This document shows, piece by piece, positions 45,989 through 55,531 of a DNA stretch of 64,000 nt. Positions within the stretch are counted from its first letter, which is position 1, and the number at the start of each line of letters is the position of its first letter. The translations under genes were made by a program, and so were the position numbers. The notes beneath the pieces were generated by a model that saw only the letters and a program-made list of their open reading frames with translations, did not search any database and was not told where the DNA came from. Origin of the DNA: a virus; IMG/VR virus record IMGVR_UViG_3300031576_000013, positions 1 through 64,000 of that record, one strand, 5' to 3'.

Positions 45989-48900
45989 TCAAGTAACAAA
46001 TGGCGCGGCCAAAATCGAGTAGACCGGATCCGCCTCCTTGATCGCGGTTCCACCTATCGACCATCCGGTAAATTCCCCCCGTTTTACGGCTTCCCACAGC
46101 TCGTCGTCGACGATTCGTGCCGCAAGCAACCAAGTACCTTTTTTTACTGGCTGCTCTGCAACCGTGAAGTCTAGCGGTGCGAGATACGATTCGAGGATCT
46201 TTACGCGACCATCAATCAATTTTCGGTGCATCAAACCGATATGGCCGTAGCGCTCCATGAACCCATGCGCTGCTTTGCGAATCTCGTCGGAGGAATAAAC
46301 GTCGTTCTGCGCGTCGACGGTCTCGGGTTCGAGAACGATTCCCAAGACGTAACGCTCCTCCTTCGCGGTTTCTTCGGCCTTGAACAGCTTGACCGCGTGT
46401 GTCCAGGGGCGAAGCTCCAGTTTTGAAACCGGCGTCGACGAGGATGTCGCTTCTTTCTCGACGATCTTTTCGTAGTCGCGTCGAAGCGCGTCGCAGATTC
46501 GATGGGCGGCTTCTTCGTCGTGGCCTCGCGTCTTTTGATCGGCTACGCAAGCCTCGAAATTAGCGAAGCCGGCGAAGGGTTTTTCGATCTCGACAGAAAC
46601 CTTCGCTTGCAATTGACATCCGAGATCCCAGAGCGGGGGAGGCGGTTCGGAAGCGCGCTTCTTGATTTCGTCGGGGTTGAGCATCGCGACGACTTCGTTG
46701 ACCGTCATCGGTGCCTCGTCGGTGACATCGATCACCGTTGGGGTGAATCCCGTGATCTTCCACTTGCCGGCTGTCATGCGGTTGAAGAGCACCTCCGTCA
46801 CTTCGATGCGTAGAACATCGCCCGATTCGGCCTTCACCTTGCTGTTGAAGGATTTGCCCGCCGGAGCATATTTTTTCCCGGCGAGCTCGATCAAGTTGGG
46901 CCAGTTGCCTTGTTCCTTCTCGGGAATTGGTCCGAAGGCGTAGAAATAGTTGAAGACGCCCGGCGAATCCTTGACCGGGTGCTTGTCGTAGACGATTCCG
47001 CGCACCTCGCGAATCAGCTTGATCTTCGCCCAACCGTCGCTTTCGCCTCCAAGAGAGTAGGTCGCATTCGCGGATTTGAGCATCGCGCCTTCGGAGCCTG
47101 GCGAGGCGGCTGCCTTCGCGATCAACGAGTCCAGGCTCTCATGCGTTCTCGCTGTGCCCAGCGCCGGTACGAGTTTGATGCGGCTGCTTTGACGCTTGTT
47201 GAGGAACGCTTCCAGCAAACGGCGGCGTTCGGCTTGATCTTTTTGCGTGATGTTTCCCTCGTCGGGCAAATACAGCGCGTCGAAAATTTGTAGTTGGACG
47301 TTTGCGTCGTCGACTACTCCGGTCCCTCGGAACCTGGCCAAGTCCCTGCGGGGCGTGGCGGCGCCGTCGACGAACTCCATGAATTCTGCATCGAGCACGA
47401 ATGGCCCAGGGAGTTTTGCCAGCTCGGCCGTGACGCCGGGCCAGTTCTTCATGTAGTTGCGCTGCTCGGTTTTCCGCGAAAAGAACTCTTCGGTGATAAT
47501 GAAAACGCGGTCGCCATCTTTCTGAAGGGCGACGCGAAAACCGTTCAGTTTCGGTTCGACGAGGATTCCGCTGTCGAGCAACGCGCCGGTTGCGAAGTCT
47601 TCGTGCAGCCGATCGAGCTCACCACCACGAAACTCGTTCGTCTTTCGGGCTGCGACCTTCATAGGCTTGAAGACCGCGAGCGGCTTCAGCTCCTTCCGAT
47701 CCCCACCTTTGTCGTCGGCGTCCTTGATCTTTCGCGGATCCCAAATCTGGACGTCCTCGATCACCGTCCCGTCTTGTAGAGAGACGTCGCGCACCTCGTG
47801 CGCCTTTGTGATCTTCTCACCGGGGACAGCGCGTGAAGGTTGTTTTCCGCGCTCCCATTGCCACAAATCACCGGCTTCCTCTTCGGCAACCAGCACAAAT
47901 ACCCCGTCATCGGAGACATCCGCTAGATCGCCTCCGCGTACACGGATCTTCTTGAACTGGCGTTGGTCATCTAGAAATTCGATCTTGCCCCTTGACAGAA
48001 TTCGCATCTGCGACGGCGTATTCTTCGAGGGATTGAATTCAACGCCGTGGACCTTTTCGCCGGGCGGCGCATCCCCTTCATAGGCAAGCAGCTTGTCGGC
48101 CTCCACGTTCGTGAGCGCACGGCGAATCACTGCGATCTTGTCGTTCTCGAAGGGGTCGCCTTCGAGTTGAAAATCCTCGATCTCATTCTCGCCGCGCTTG
48201 ATGAACAGGTGAAACACCTGCGAGGAAGGCGCGGCACGGATCACGACCTGGCCCTTGAACCGTTGCCACGTCAGCGTGTAGGGCGCTGCCTTCAATTGCT
48301 TGAGCAGTCGCGTAGCGTTTTCCGTAGCTATGGTTGCCGCGATCCGGTCCATAGCTTCTTCCACGGTCCGCGCCTCGACGATCTCCGGCGCGATGTCGGC
48401 TGAAGGCCAAAACTTCTTGGTCTTCAAGGTCAGTCGGAAATCGCGGTTGATCTGTACGGTCTCAGCCGTCACGAGATGAGCTTCGATCAATGCGTTGCGG
48501 GTCGCTTCGACCTCTGATGGCTTATCCTTTTCCCAGTAACGAAATTCAGGCGGAATCGCGTTCTTGATTCCGAGCGGAAGCGCGGATCGGCCCTTCGGAG
48601 GGAGTGTCTTCGTTGCAATCGCGCGGCGCCGCAGAACGCTGGGCGTCAGATCCTTGTTGAACATCGCAACCCAGAAAGCTTCGCCCTCCCGGGTGCGCCG
48701 GCCCGTCTCGACTTCTTCTTCGGACGCGTCCCCTCGGCCCACGAGTAATCTAAAAGTCAGCAGCCCATGAAATTTTTGATCGCCTTCGACGGCGTACTCG
48801 GCAAAGAACGGCTTGAGAATCAGGTGTGTGACTTGCGGGCGTGCGATTCGAACGATCACGCCTTCCTCCTCGGCGGTTGCGCCCACTTCGCCCGCCTCGA

Positions 48901-50533
48901 ACTTGCGCCCTTCGATTTCGAGCCAAATCGGCGGCTGTAGGGACTTCACGGCGGCGAACACGCGATTCGGCGCGTTCATTGGTTTATTCCAGTACGAGCC
49001 CTCCATGTTGAAGGTGACTGCGAGTCGTTTGCCTTCAGGTACGGTGTCTACATCAGGCACTTTTCCTGCGCGCTGGATCGCAAGCGTGAAACCCGTGAGG
49101 AAATCCTCGCCGGTCTTGACACGGAAATCTCCGTGAACCGACCGACCTCTGAAATGACTCTGGAATACGGCCGCGCGGGGTTCTTCCTTTTCGGGATAGA
49201 TCAGGATTGGGTTCTGCTGCTTCTCGGCGTCTTCGTCGCGCATATCGACGACGCGTTTTTCGGCGACGGGATGGACGACGAGATCGTAGAGATCTACGTA
49301 GCTCGTGTATGGACCGCAGCCACCGGTATCTGGATCGGAGTCGTCATGGAATTGAACTCGCTGCGAAATCTCCGGCGGTAGCATCCGACCGAGCCTGAAC
49401 TTCAAAACTTGCAGTGTCTTCTCATCAAGTGGTCCGTCGATGAGCACGTCGACGTCGTTCTTCGTTTCGCCGTTGTTCACGATCGAACCGACTAATCGAA
49501 CGACCGGTGCGCGAATCAGGAAGGGCTTCTCGAAGTGTTTGAGAACTTCTTCGAGTTTGAGTGGCGGGTATTCGCCCGTCGATCCCGGATGGATCGGAGC
49601 ATATCGATCGGTCTTGCCCGCCTTCGAAATATCATCGGTTTCTTTGGTACGTGCCACGCCTGAAGGTCCAATCACGAGGGGCTTCCTGCGGCGAAGCCGA
49701 CGCAGTTCGGCTTCGATTCCGAGTGGGTCTTCCACCTTGTCGACCAGCGCGCGAGCTTCGCGCGTCAGCTCGTCGTCAAAGGGGTGTTTCAAATCGCGCC
49801 GTGTGAATTCTTCGATCATGAACGCTTCAGCGTTCACCAGATCTTCGCGGCCAACGCCTTCCGCCGACAGCTTGTCGTTACCAGCGAAAAGGCTTGCGAA
49901 CGCGGCGTGCAATTCCCTGTCGAGCCGCTTGAGTTTTGCGTCATCGAAAGCCTTCAGGTTGCGAGGCGTGATCTCCGTCAGGTCGAACGTTGCGTGTTGA
50001 CCCGGAACCGTGTCCAGATCTGCCGTGGTCAGATCGCCCTCACCTTTTGCGACCGCCTCTTCTTCGAGATCGATCTCGGGGCCGTATCGCCGCCCGGGCG
50101 GTGTCTTCTTCAGCTCGATCGGAGGATCGAAAGCCCGAACCAGCTCCATCGGGATGTAGAACACCGGCTTGACCGGTTCGAACTCGGCCAGCGAGAACTT
50201 GTCGATCCCCTCACGCAGCTCCTTCGGGACGTCGTCGAGCGACGCGAACTCCTGCGGCTCTCGTAGAACCACGATCGCCCAGGCGAAGGTCGCCTTGGCC
50301 TCTGTCGGCTCGATCTCGTTTAGCAAGATCTGCGCTTCTCCGCTGCGTCCCTCTTGCTTGCGTCGAGACAGGACGCCTGCGCTCTTGTCCTCTTGAAGCC
50401 GTGCGACGAGCATTGGCGGGTCCGGCATCTTCAATACCGGCAGTGGGCCTGCCGGCATTTCGAACTTGCGCTGCTCTTCTGGGTTCCCCGGCAAGGGAAC
50501 GACCGCCTCAACGTGGGCGTTCGGGGTCGACAT
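45989..50533 (-). CDS. Polyprotein: nucleotidyltransferase + two LigD-like 3'-phosphoesterase domains + ATP-dependent DNA ligase + XkdF prohead serine protease
   Basis: LVGS..9..DVDVL (~aa 345); QSHFRGRSVHGDFR (~aa 460); ligase motifs EPKLNGFR (K995), LDAE, FDALY, EGAMLK, WAKIK; XkdF VLEPE.VDAQ.D...IGLMH...GWSIGG (~aa 1390-1500). Confidence 0.9.
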   Translation of the reverse strand: MSTPNAHVEAVVPLPGNPEEQRKFEMPAGPLPVLKMPDPPMLVARLQEDKSAGVLSRRKQEGRSGEAQILLNEIEPTEAKATFAWAIVVLREPQEFASLDDVPKELREGIDKFSLAEFEPVKPVFYIPMELVRAFDPPIELKKTPPGRRYGPEIDLEEEAVAKGEGDLTTADLDTVPGQHATFDLTEITPRNLKAFDDAKLKRLDRELHAAFASLFAGNDKLSAEGVGREDLVNAEAFMIEEFTRRDLKHPFDDELTREARALVDKVEDPLGIEAELRRLRRRKPLVIGPSGVARTKETDDISKAGKTDRYAPIHPGSTGEYPPLKLEEVLKHFEKPFLIRAPVVRLVGSIVNNGETKNDVDVLIDGPLDEKTLQVLKFRLGRMLPPEISQRVQFHDDSDPDTGGCGPYTSYVDLYDLVVHPVAEKRVVDMRDEDAEKQQNPILIYPEKEEPRAAVFQSHFRGRSVHGDFRVKTGEDFLTGFTLAIQRAGKVPDVDTVPEGKRLAVTFNMEGSYWNKPMNAPNRVFAAVKSLQPPIWLEIEGRKFEAGEVGATAEEEGVIVRIARPQVTHLILKPFFAEYAVEGDQKFHGLLTFRLLVGRGDASEEEVETGRRTREGEAFWVAMFNKDLTPSVLRRRAIATKTLPPKGRSALPLGIKNAIPPEFRYWEKDKPSEVEATRNALIEAHLVTAETVQINRDFRLTLKTKKFWPSADIAPEIVEARTVEEAMDRIAATIATENATRLLKQLKAAPYTLTWQRFKGQVVIRAAPSSQVFHLFIKRGENEIEDFQLEGDPFENDKIAVIRRALTNVEADKLLAYEGDAPPGEKVHGVEFNPSKNTPSQMRILSRGKIEFLDDQRQFKKIRVRGGDLADVSDDGVFVLVAEEEAGDLWQWERGKQPSRAVPGEKITKAHEVRDVSLQDGTVIEDVQIWDPRKIKDADDKGGDRKELKPLAVFKPMKVAARKTNEFRGGELDRLHEDFATGALLDSGILVEPKLNGFRVALQKDGDRVFIITEEFFSRKTEQRNYMKNWPGVTAELAKLPGPFVLDAEFMEFVDGAATPRRDLARFRGTGVVDDANVQLQIFDALYLPDEGNITQKDQAERRRLLEAFLNKRQSSRIKLVPALGTARTHESLDSLIAKAAASPGSEGAMLKSANATYSLGGESDGWAKIKLIREVRGIVYDKHPVKDSPGVFNYFYAFGPIPEKEQGNWPNLIELAGKKYAPAGKSFNSKVKAESGDVLRIEVTEVLFNRMTAGKWKITGFTPTVIDVTDEAPMTVNEVVAMLNPDEIKKRASEPPPPLWDLGCQLQAKVSVEIEKPFAGFANFEACVADQKTRGHDEEAAHRICDALRRDYEKIVEKEATSSSTPVSKLELRPWTHAVKLFKAEETAKEERYVLGIVLEPETVDAQNDVYSSDEIRKAAHGFMERYGHIGLMHRKLIDGRVKILESYLAPLDFTVAEQPVKKGTWLLAARIVDDELWEAVKRGEFTGWSIGGTAIKEADPVYSILAAPFVT

Positions 50534-50894
50534 GTAGCATCTCCGGCGCCCACGCGCTTACGTGCTTCGGCGGTTCCCACAACCTCCCGTCGAGCTCATT
50601 CCGCAAAGCGACTGGCAAAAAATCCACGGCCTTGTCGAGCGACCAGTGCAGATCGCCCTTCAAGATGCGAAACCACTTGATACAGATATCGCTGCGGCGC
50701 TTCACTTCGAGCTTCGATGGATTAGTCGCTGAGACTCGCGCTGCCGCACTCTCATTTCGTTCGAGGTCGTGTTTGAAGGACAGCGTGATCGCTTTGCGCA
50801 TCCCATTCAGCACGCGATCAAGCCCATTCGGCTCGTTGATCAGCGAGGCGAAGGGCGCGGGATCCGTCTGGCTGTCGTCCATAGCGGCGATCAT
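50508..50894 (-). CDS. Hypothetical protein
   Basis: 128-aa ORF between portal and protease. Confidence 0.65.
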   Translation of the reverse strand: MIAAMDDSQTDPAPFASLINEPNGLDRVLNGMRKAITLSFKHDLERNESAAARVSATNPSKLEVKRRSDICIKWFRILKGDLHWSLDKAVDFLPVALRNELDGRLWEPPKHVSAWAPEMLHVDPERPR

Positions 50895-50915
50895 ACGGAT
50901 CCGTCGAAAAGATGT

Positions 50916-51170
50916 CTACGTCAGCGTGATCAAACCGGTTTTCAGCTTCAATGCCACGCGGATGCCTTCGCCGTCTCTGGAGATTATCGCGTCAACTTTT
51001 CCCAGGCACTCTGGGCATACAACCATCGCGACCCCACCGCCGTATCTGACGGTCACTTGTGTCTCCAGCACGCTCACCCGTTTGCACGCACGACACGCAC
51101 CGACTCCCAGCGCTGCTGCCTTTTGCGCAGCTACAAAATCCGCGTACCCGGCCGGCCGATCCCCCGTCAT
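50916..51170 (-). CDS. Small Zn-ribbon protein
   Basis: CRAC...CPEC; ATGA-coupled to the portal. Confidence 0.65.
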   Translation of the reverse strand: MTGDRPAGYADFVAAQKAAALGVGACRACKRVSVLETQVTVRYGGGVAMVVCPECLGKVDAIISRDGEGIRVALKLKTGLITLT

Positions 51171-52954
51171 TTTTCAGGTATCTCCTCGCCGCCAGTTCCT
51201 ATTCCGGCTAACCGTTTATCATCGCCAGCTTCCCTGCGCCCCTGTGCGTGCCCGTTTGGCTCCTGGCGATGTTCGGCCCGGCCTTCCGAGGCGATTTGAC
51301 TTGTCAAAGCTCGAATCCTTCCAGCCACGCGCTCCCCCTCTTCTTCTGGATTCCTTGATGGGGAACCTTTTCGAGCTTCCTGAAGGGTCAACTTGAAGGG
51401 CTGTTGTGTCCACGGATCTGTCAAAACTGGCAGTTCGCGGTTGAACACGTCGGTCGCTAGCGCGCGGCCCTCAGCTGGTGTGAGAACGCCTGCGTCGGAG
51501 AGCGTAGCTACGATCTCGGCCAGCACTTCGGGATCTTTTGTCGTCGGAGAGTTGGACTCGAATTTCCAGAAGGAGATGTGAAGTTCAGGCAGTAACTTTC
51601 TATTTATCACTTCGTCGAACTGGTTTCGCAGCGGGGTGAAGACTTGATCTTCAGCTAGACGCAATGCGGCAAAAGCCGTGGCGCGATTGATCGCCCGGTC
51701 GCGCCCCACCAAAATTCGTGGCAATCGGAAGCTCGACCCGATTTTTTCCCAGTTGCCCTCGTCGTAGTTTTGAAACAATGCATCTTGCTGCTGCGCTTCG
51801 CGTAGCGGGACGAACTTCATCGACGGGACGATTCCAGACGTACCTCCGGTCGATTTTTGGCCTTCGGCTTCGAGGACAAGAATCTTGTGGAAGTTTTTTC
51901 GTCCTTTGATGTTGCTCTCGATGAACTCCTCGATGCGCGGCACAACCCCTTTAGCAAGCCGTCCGCCAGCGACGAGCAGCGCAAGCGGAGGGACGGTCTT
52001 GCTCTGGAAATAACTGAGGTTCACCTCGTCCAGTTCCCGGGAACCCAGAACAGCGGGTAGATTGCCGATCCATTGAGGGACTCCGTAAGTGGAACCAGGC
52101 GTCGGGATTGCGAAGTGCAAAATTTCGTTGGCGGGTGCGTCCAGTGGCGGCTTGTCGGGATCGGCTTCGAGTGCTGCCGGCGACGCATAAATCTTGCCTG
52201 TTGCTCGCGAGACGGTGCGTGGGTCGCCGAATTCTTTGAAATACGCCTTGATCTTGCCCTGAATCGGATCGATCTCGGCGAACTTGCGAAAGAATCGGCG
52301 TTGAACGACTTCCGTCGTCGAGATGCGTGTGGTTGGAATGCGTTCTTTTGTCTCAACAGGGATCGGATCGAGGGGCAGCAAACGCATCGTCACCGACGGT
52401 GCGAGCACCAACCGCGCCGGCATTATTCTGTTGTCGCGTAGGATTTCCCAATATGCGTTTCCAGTCGTCAGCAAGTCTCGACGTGTTCGAGAGCGCAGCT
52501 CGACGAAGGAGTAATCGGGGCAACAGACGGCAAAGAAGGTACGCAGGCGATTGATTTCGATGCGCGCAACTCTGCGTAATTCTTCGAGTTTTGCACGAAC
52601 GGCTTCGGAATCCGGCTCGACGAACGGCTCGCGGCGTTCCTCGCTTAGAACCAACCGTTCGACGATCATCTCGTCCCGGATATCGGCTTCGGCACCAGGC
52701 CGTGTGAGGTCAATTCCGGCAGTGTATTTGTGGCCGAACGCGTCGACGTTCGTGACGATCGCCTCAATATGCTGAGACAGCGACGACGAAAGCTCGTAGA
52801 GCTGAAGCAGCGTTTCGGGCGCGTACTTCGGTTCGAGGACGCCGGTTACGGCCTTTCCTTTTTGAGTGAGCGCTGTGAGCCACTCCACGGTCGAGACGGG
52901 GGCGTCCCTAAAGGTCGCCTTTCCAACGACGTTTTTCTCTTTCTTTTTCGGCAC
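51167..52954 (-). CDS. Portal protein (PBSX/HK97-like)
   Basis: DL..TGNAY.EI.RD; YFKEFGD; NEILHF; YGVP.W; FRLP.IL.G; NRATA; GVLTP.E.R. Confidence 0.93.
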   Translation of the reverse strand: MPKKKEKNVVGKATFRDAPVSTVEWLTALTQKGKAVTGVLEPKYAPETLLQLYELSSSLSQHIEAIVTNVDAFGHKYTAGIDLTRPGAEADIRDEMIVERLVLSEERREPFVEPDSEAVRAKLEELRRVARIEINRLRTFFAVCCPDYSFVELRSRTRRDLLTTGNAYWEILRDNRIMPARLVLAPSVTMRLLPLDPIPVETKERIPTTRISTTEVVQRRFFRKFAEIDPIQGKIKAYFKEFGDPRTVSRATGKIYASPAALEADPDKPPLDAPANEILHFAIPTPGSTYGVPQWIGNLPAVLGSRELDEVNLSYFQSKTVPPLALLVAGGRLAKGVVPRIEEFIESNIKGRKNFHKILVLEAEGQKSTGGTSGIVPSMKFVPLREAQQQDALFQNYDEGNWEKIGSSFRLPRILVGRDRAINRATAFAALRLAEDQVFTPLRNQFDEVINRKLLPELHISFWKFESNSPTTKDPEVLAEIVATLSDAGVLTPAEGRALATDVFNRELPVLTDPWTQQPFKLTLQEARKGSPSRNPEEEGERVAGRIRALTSQIASEGRAEHRQEPNGHAQGRREAGDDKRLAGIGTGGEEIPEK

Positions 52955-53341
52955 TTACAGTGGCCGAGCGCGCAGCGCTTGTGAGACGCGGATCTTTACA
53001 GCCGTCGCCGTAGTTGCGGTCGCGTCGATTCGGATGAAGGCCACGGCGGCTTCGCCCAACTCGAAGATTTCCGCGAGATCTTTTTTGACCGTGAGCTTCG
53101 GACGCCGAATCCACACGTTGTTGATGCCGTCGCGAATGAGCGGTTCGAGATCCAAGGTGTCGGTCAGAGCACCGCCGGTACCCGTCCAGTACACGAAGAT
53201 CTTTTCCGCCCCTTTCGAACTGAACGCGACGGCCAATGGAAAGTTCGCGTCGCTCAGCGTCGTAGAGTCGGCCGCAGCTGCACCTGACAGAGAGCGGTGC
53301 TGTAGGAAATAACCTGGACGATCGAGTGGCTGTTCTGGCAC
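52955..53341 (-). CDS. Hypothetical beta-rich protein, first gene of the morphogenesis operon
   Basis: AAGGAG RBS; abuts the portal start. Confidence 0.7.
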   Translation of the reverse strand: MPEQPLDRPGYFLQHRSLSGAAAADSTTLSDANFPLAVAFSSKGAEKIFVYWTGTGGALTDTLDLEPLIRDGINNVWIRRPKLTVKKDLAEIFELGEAAVAFIRIDATATTATAVKIRVSQALRARPL

Positions 53342-53421
53342 GAGAGACTCCTTATCTGAAATCTACAGCACTTACATAGGTCTTTGCAACGGCCCGACTT
53401 TTCGATAAGGTATGATCGCGA

Positions 53422-55527
53422 ATGTCCGACCAGTTCTTTCTCGGCTCGGTTTTTGTGAATTCCGACGCCGGAACTTTGACGCAGGGCGACGTAGTCGTTT
53501 TCGACTCGGCGACCAACGGAGGAGTTAAACGAACCAGTATCGCAGGCGCGTCCAACACCGCTGGTATCGTCGTAGACGGCGGTCCGACGGCGACTCAAGT
53601 TTCGATCGCGACGATTGGTGGCCAGCGAACTCGCATAAAGGTCGCTCTCGGTGATGCTATCGCGCGGCTGGACAAACTGGTTACAAGCATCACGCCGGGG
53701 GTAGCAAAAGTTGACAACACCGCTGGGCTGGGCGCGGTCTTCGCTGTAGCGATTGAGGAGAAAGCGTCTGGCGACGGAACGGAAGTCGACGCGATTCTGC
53801 TTCCTTTCGGGATTGGGGCTCCGACAGGTGGACCGGTCACGGGCAGCGGCGTTGGAACCCGTGTCGCTTTTTGGACGCCTGTCGGGGCGACGACGGATCT
53901 AGGCAGCGATCCGAGTCTTTACTGGGACAACACAGCCAAGCGCCTTGGTATCGGTACAACCACGCCGACAACCGATCTGGAAATCAAGAACGTCACAGCC
54001 GGCCCGAAGATCACGCTGCGCGCTGCTGGAGATATGATTGCAACGCTCTCGGTCGAGAGCGACGCGACGGCCAGTTTTGCCGTTTTCGATCCGGCGGGAG
54101 GTAGCACTGATCTGCTACTCAACGCAGACAACAACATCGTCGGAAACACTCCAGCCTACCAATTTTCTCCCAACGGCCCGACGGTAGATGCGAGCTTCGC
54201 TTCACAGATTACGACGCTGATCAATTTCGCAACTTATGATAGCGCGATCGCCCGGACAATAACCAACGCCGCTACGGTCGGCATCGCAGGTCCGCCTGTT
54301 GCCAGCGGCAGCGTCACCATAACGAATTCGTATTCTTTGTGGTCGCAATCCGGAAATGTGCTGATCGAGGAACCCGCCGACACGGCCATACTTACGGTCA
54401 GAGCGTCAGGTTCCAGCAATTCGCGTGTAGTCGTTCATTCCGTCGCCGACATTGCCGAATTGATACTTCAGGGTCCGGCTGGCAATGCGGCGATGTTTTT
54501 GGACGGAAATATTCTTCAAACCACCCTCAATACGGGCGGTAGTGTGCCTGACATCCAGGTGCACAGTGGTGGAACTTCCGTTGCTACGTACCACTATGCA
54601 ACGATCAGCAATACACCCCTTGCTGCGGGAACAGTAGCTGAACGCCATCAGTTCCTCATCGATCCCACTAATTATAGTGGGACTGGCACGATCACCATCG
54701 CAGCCACCTTGACGGTTTATGGCCCGCCTACGGTATCTGGAGGCGGCACCATCACGAACCCCTTTGCATCATGGGTTCGCGACGGCAGCGTCAGATTCGA
54801 CAGCGTTACGGGCGCGGCCAAAGTTTTCGCAATCGATCAGAAATCTGGCGCCGGAAGTTGGACTGTTGCATTCCAAGATAGTGCCGTAACTCAAGCGGTA
54901 ATCTTCTGGAGCACGTCTGAAGTAACCTTTCAGACCGTACCTGAAAATGTAGATCTCGTCCTCGGCGCGTCCGGCGACGCGACGTTGACGATCGAAGGTC
55001 CGAACAACCACTCGCTCGTAATGGTGGGCACTCAGCTTTCGCCCAATGCGCCGACCGGGTATTTCTATCTGCGGACGATGGCGGGAAAACCTGTCAGTTT
55101 TCCAACCAGCGAAGGCGACAGCGCAGTTCCACTCGTCGTCGATACCGTCAACAATCGATTCTGTTTCTATTCGAGCGCTGCGTGGCATTGCATAGGTGGC
55201 ACGGCGGTTGAGAACTTCGACATCATCAACACCGATTCGACGCTGCTAACCGCCGATCACGACACGATCGTTCGCACGACCAGCGGTACCATAACTGTCT
55301 TTTTGCCGCTGGTAAGTTCAGTTCCTAAAGGTAAGATGATCCGAGTTCGCACACGAATTGGCGCCGGTGACGTGATAATGACCCGTAGCGGCACCGACGT
55401 AATATCGGGTTCTACGGGTAATTCTCAAACATCGGAGACTTGTTCCGGGGCGAGCAACGTCTTGCAATTTATCTCCAACGGTCCTGCAACCGGCCGTTGG
55501 GATCTAATTCAGCGCGACGGAGTTTAA
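53422..55527 (+). CDS. Fibre/decoration protein with N-terminal capsid-cement-like domain
   Basis: GDVVV...GIVV...I...D.LVTS..PG.A; LYWDN..KRLGIGTTTP; Thr/Gly-rich. Confidence 0.7.
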   Translation: MSDQFFLGSVFVNSDAGTLTQGDVVVFDSATNGGVKRTSIAGASNTAGIVVDGGPTATQVSIATIGGQRTRIKVALGDAIARLDKLVTSITPGVAKVDNTAGLGAVFAVAIEEKASGDGTEVDAILLPFGIGAPTGGPVTGSGVGTRVAFWTPVGATTDLGSDPSLYWDNTAKRLGIGTTTPTTDLEIKNVTAGPKITLRAAGDMIATLSVESDATASFAVFDPAGGSTDLLLNADNNIVGNTPAYQFSPNGPTVDASFASQITTLINFATYDSAIARTITNAATVGIAGPPVASGSVTITNSYSLWSQSGNVLIEEPADTAILTVRASGSSNSRVVVHSVADIAELILQGPAGNAAMFLDGNILQTTLNTGGSVPDIQVHSGGTSVATYHYATISNTPLAAGTVAERHQFLIDPTNYSGTGTITIAATLTVYGPPTVSGGGTITNPFASWVRDGSVRFDSVTGAAKVFAIDQKSGAGSWTVAFQDSAVTQAVIFWSTSEVTFQTVPENVDLVLGASGDATLTIEGPNNHSLVMVGTQLSPNAPTGYFYLRTMAGKPVSFPTSEGDSAVPLVVDTVNNRFCFYSSAAWHCIGGTAVENFDIINTDSTLLTADHDTIVRTTSGTITVFLPLVSSVPKGKMIRVRTRIGAGDVIMTRSGTDVISGSTGNSQTSETCSGASNVLQFISNGPATGRWDLIQRDGV

Positions 55528-55531
55528 CGAC

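Noticed and set aside
45989-50533. Intein or intron explaining the large protease gene
   Set aside because: No intein splice-junction or LAGLIDADG motifs recognised; the extra length is accounted for by enzyme domains
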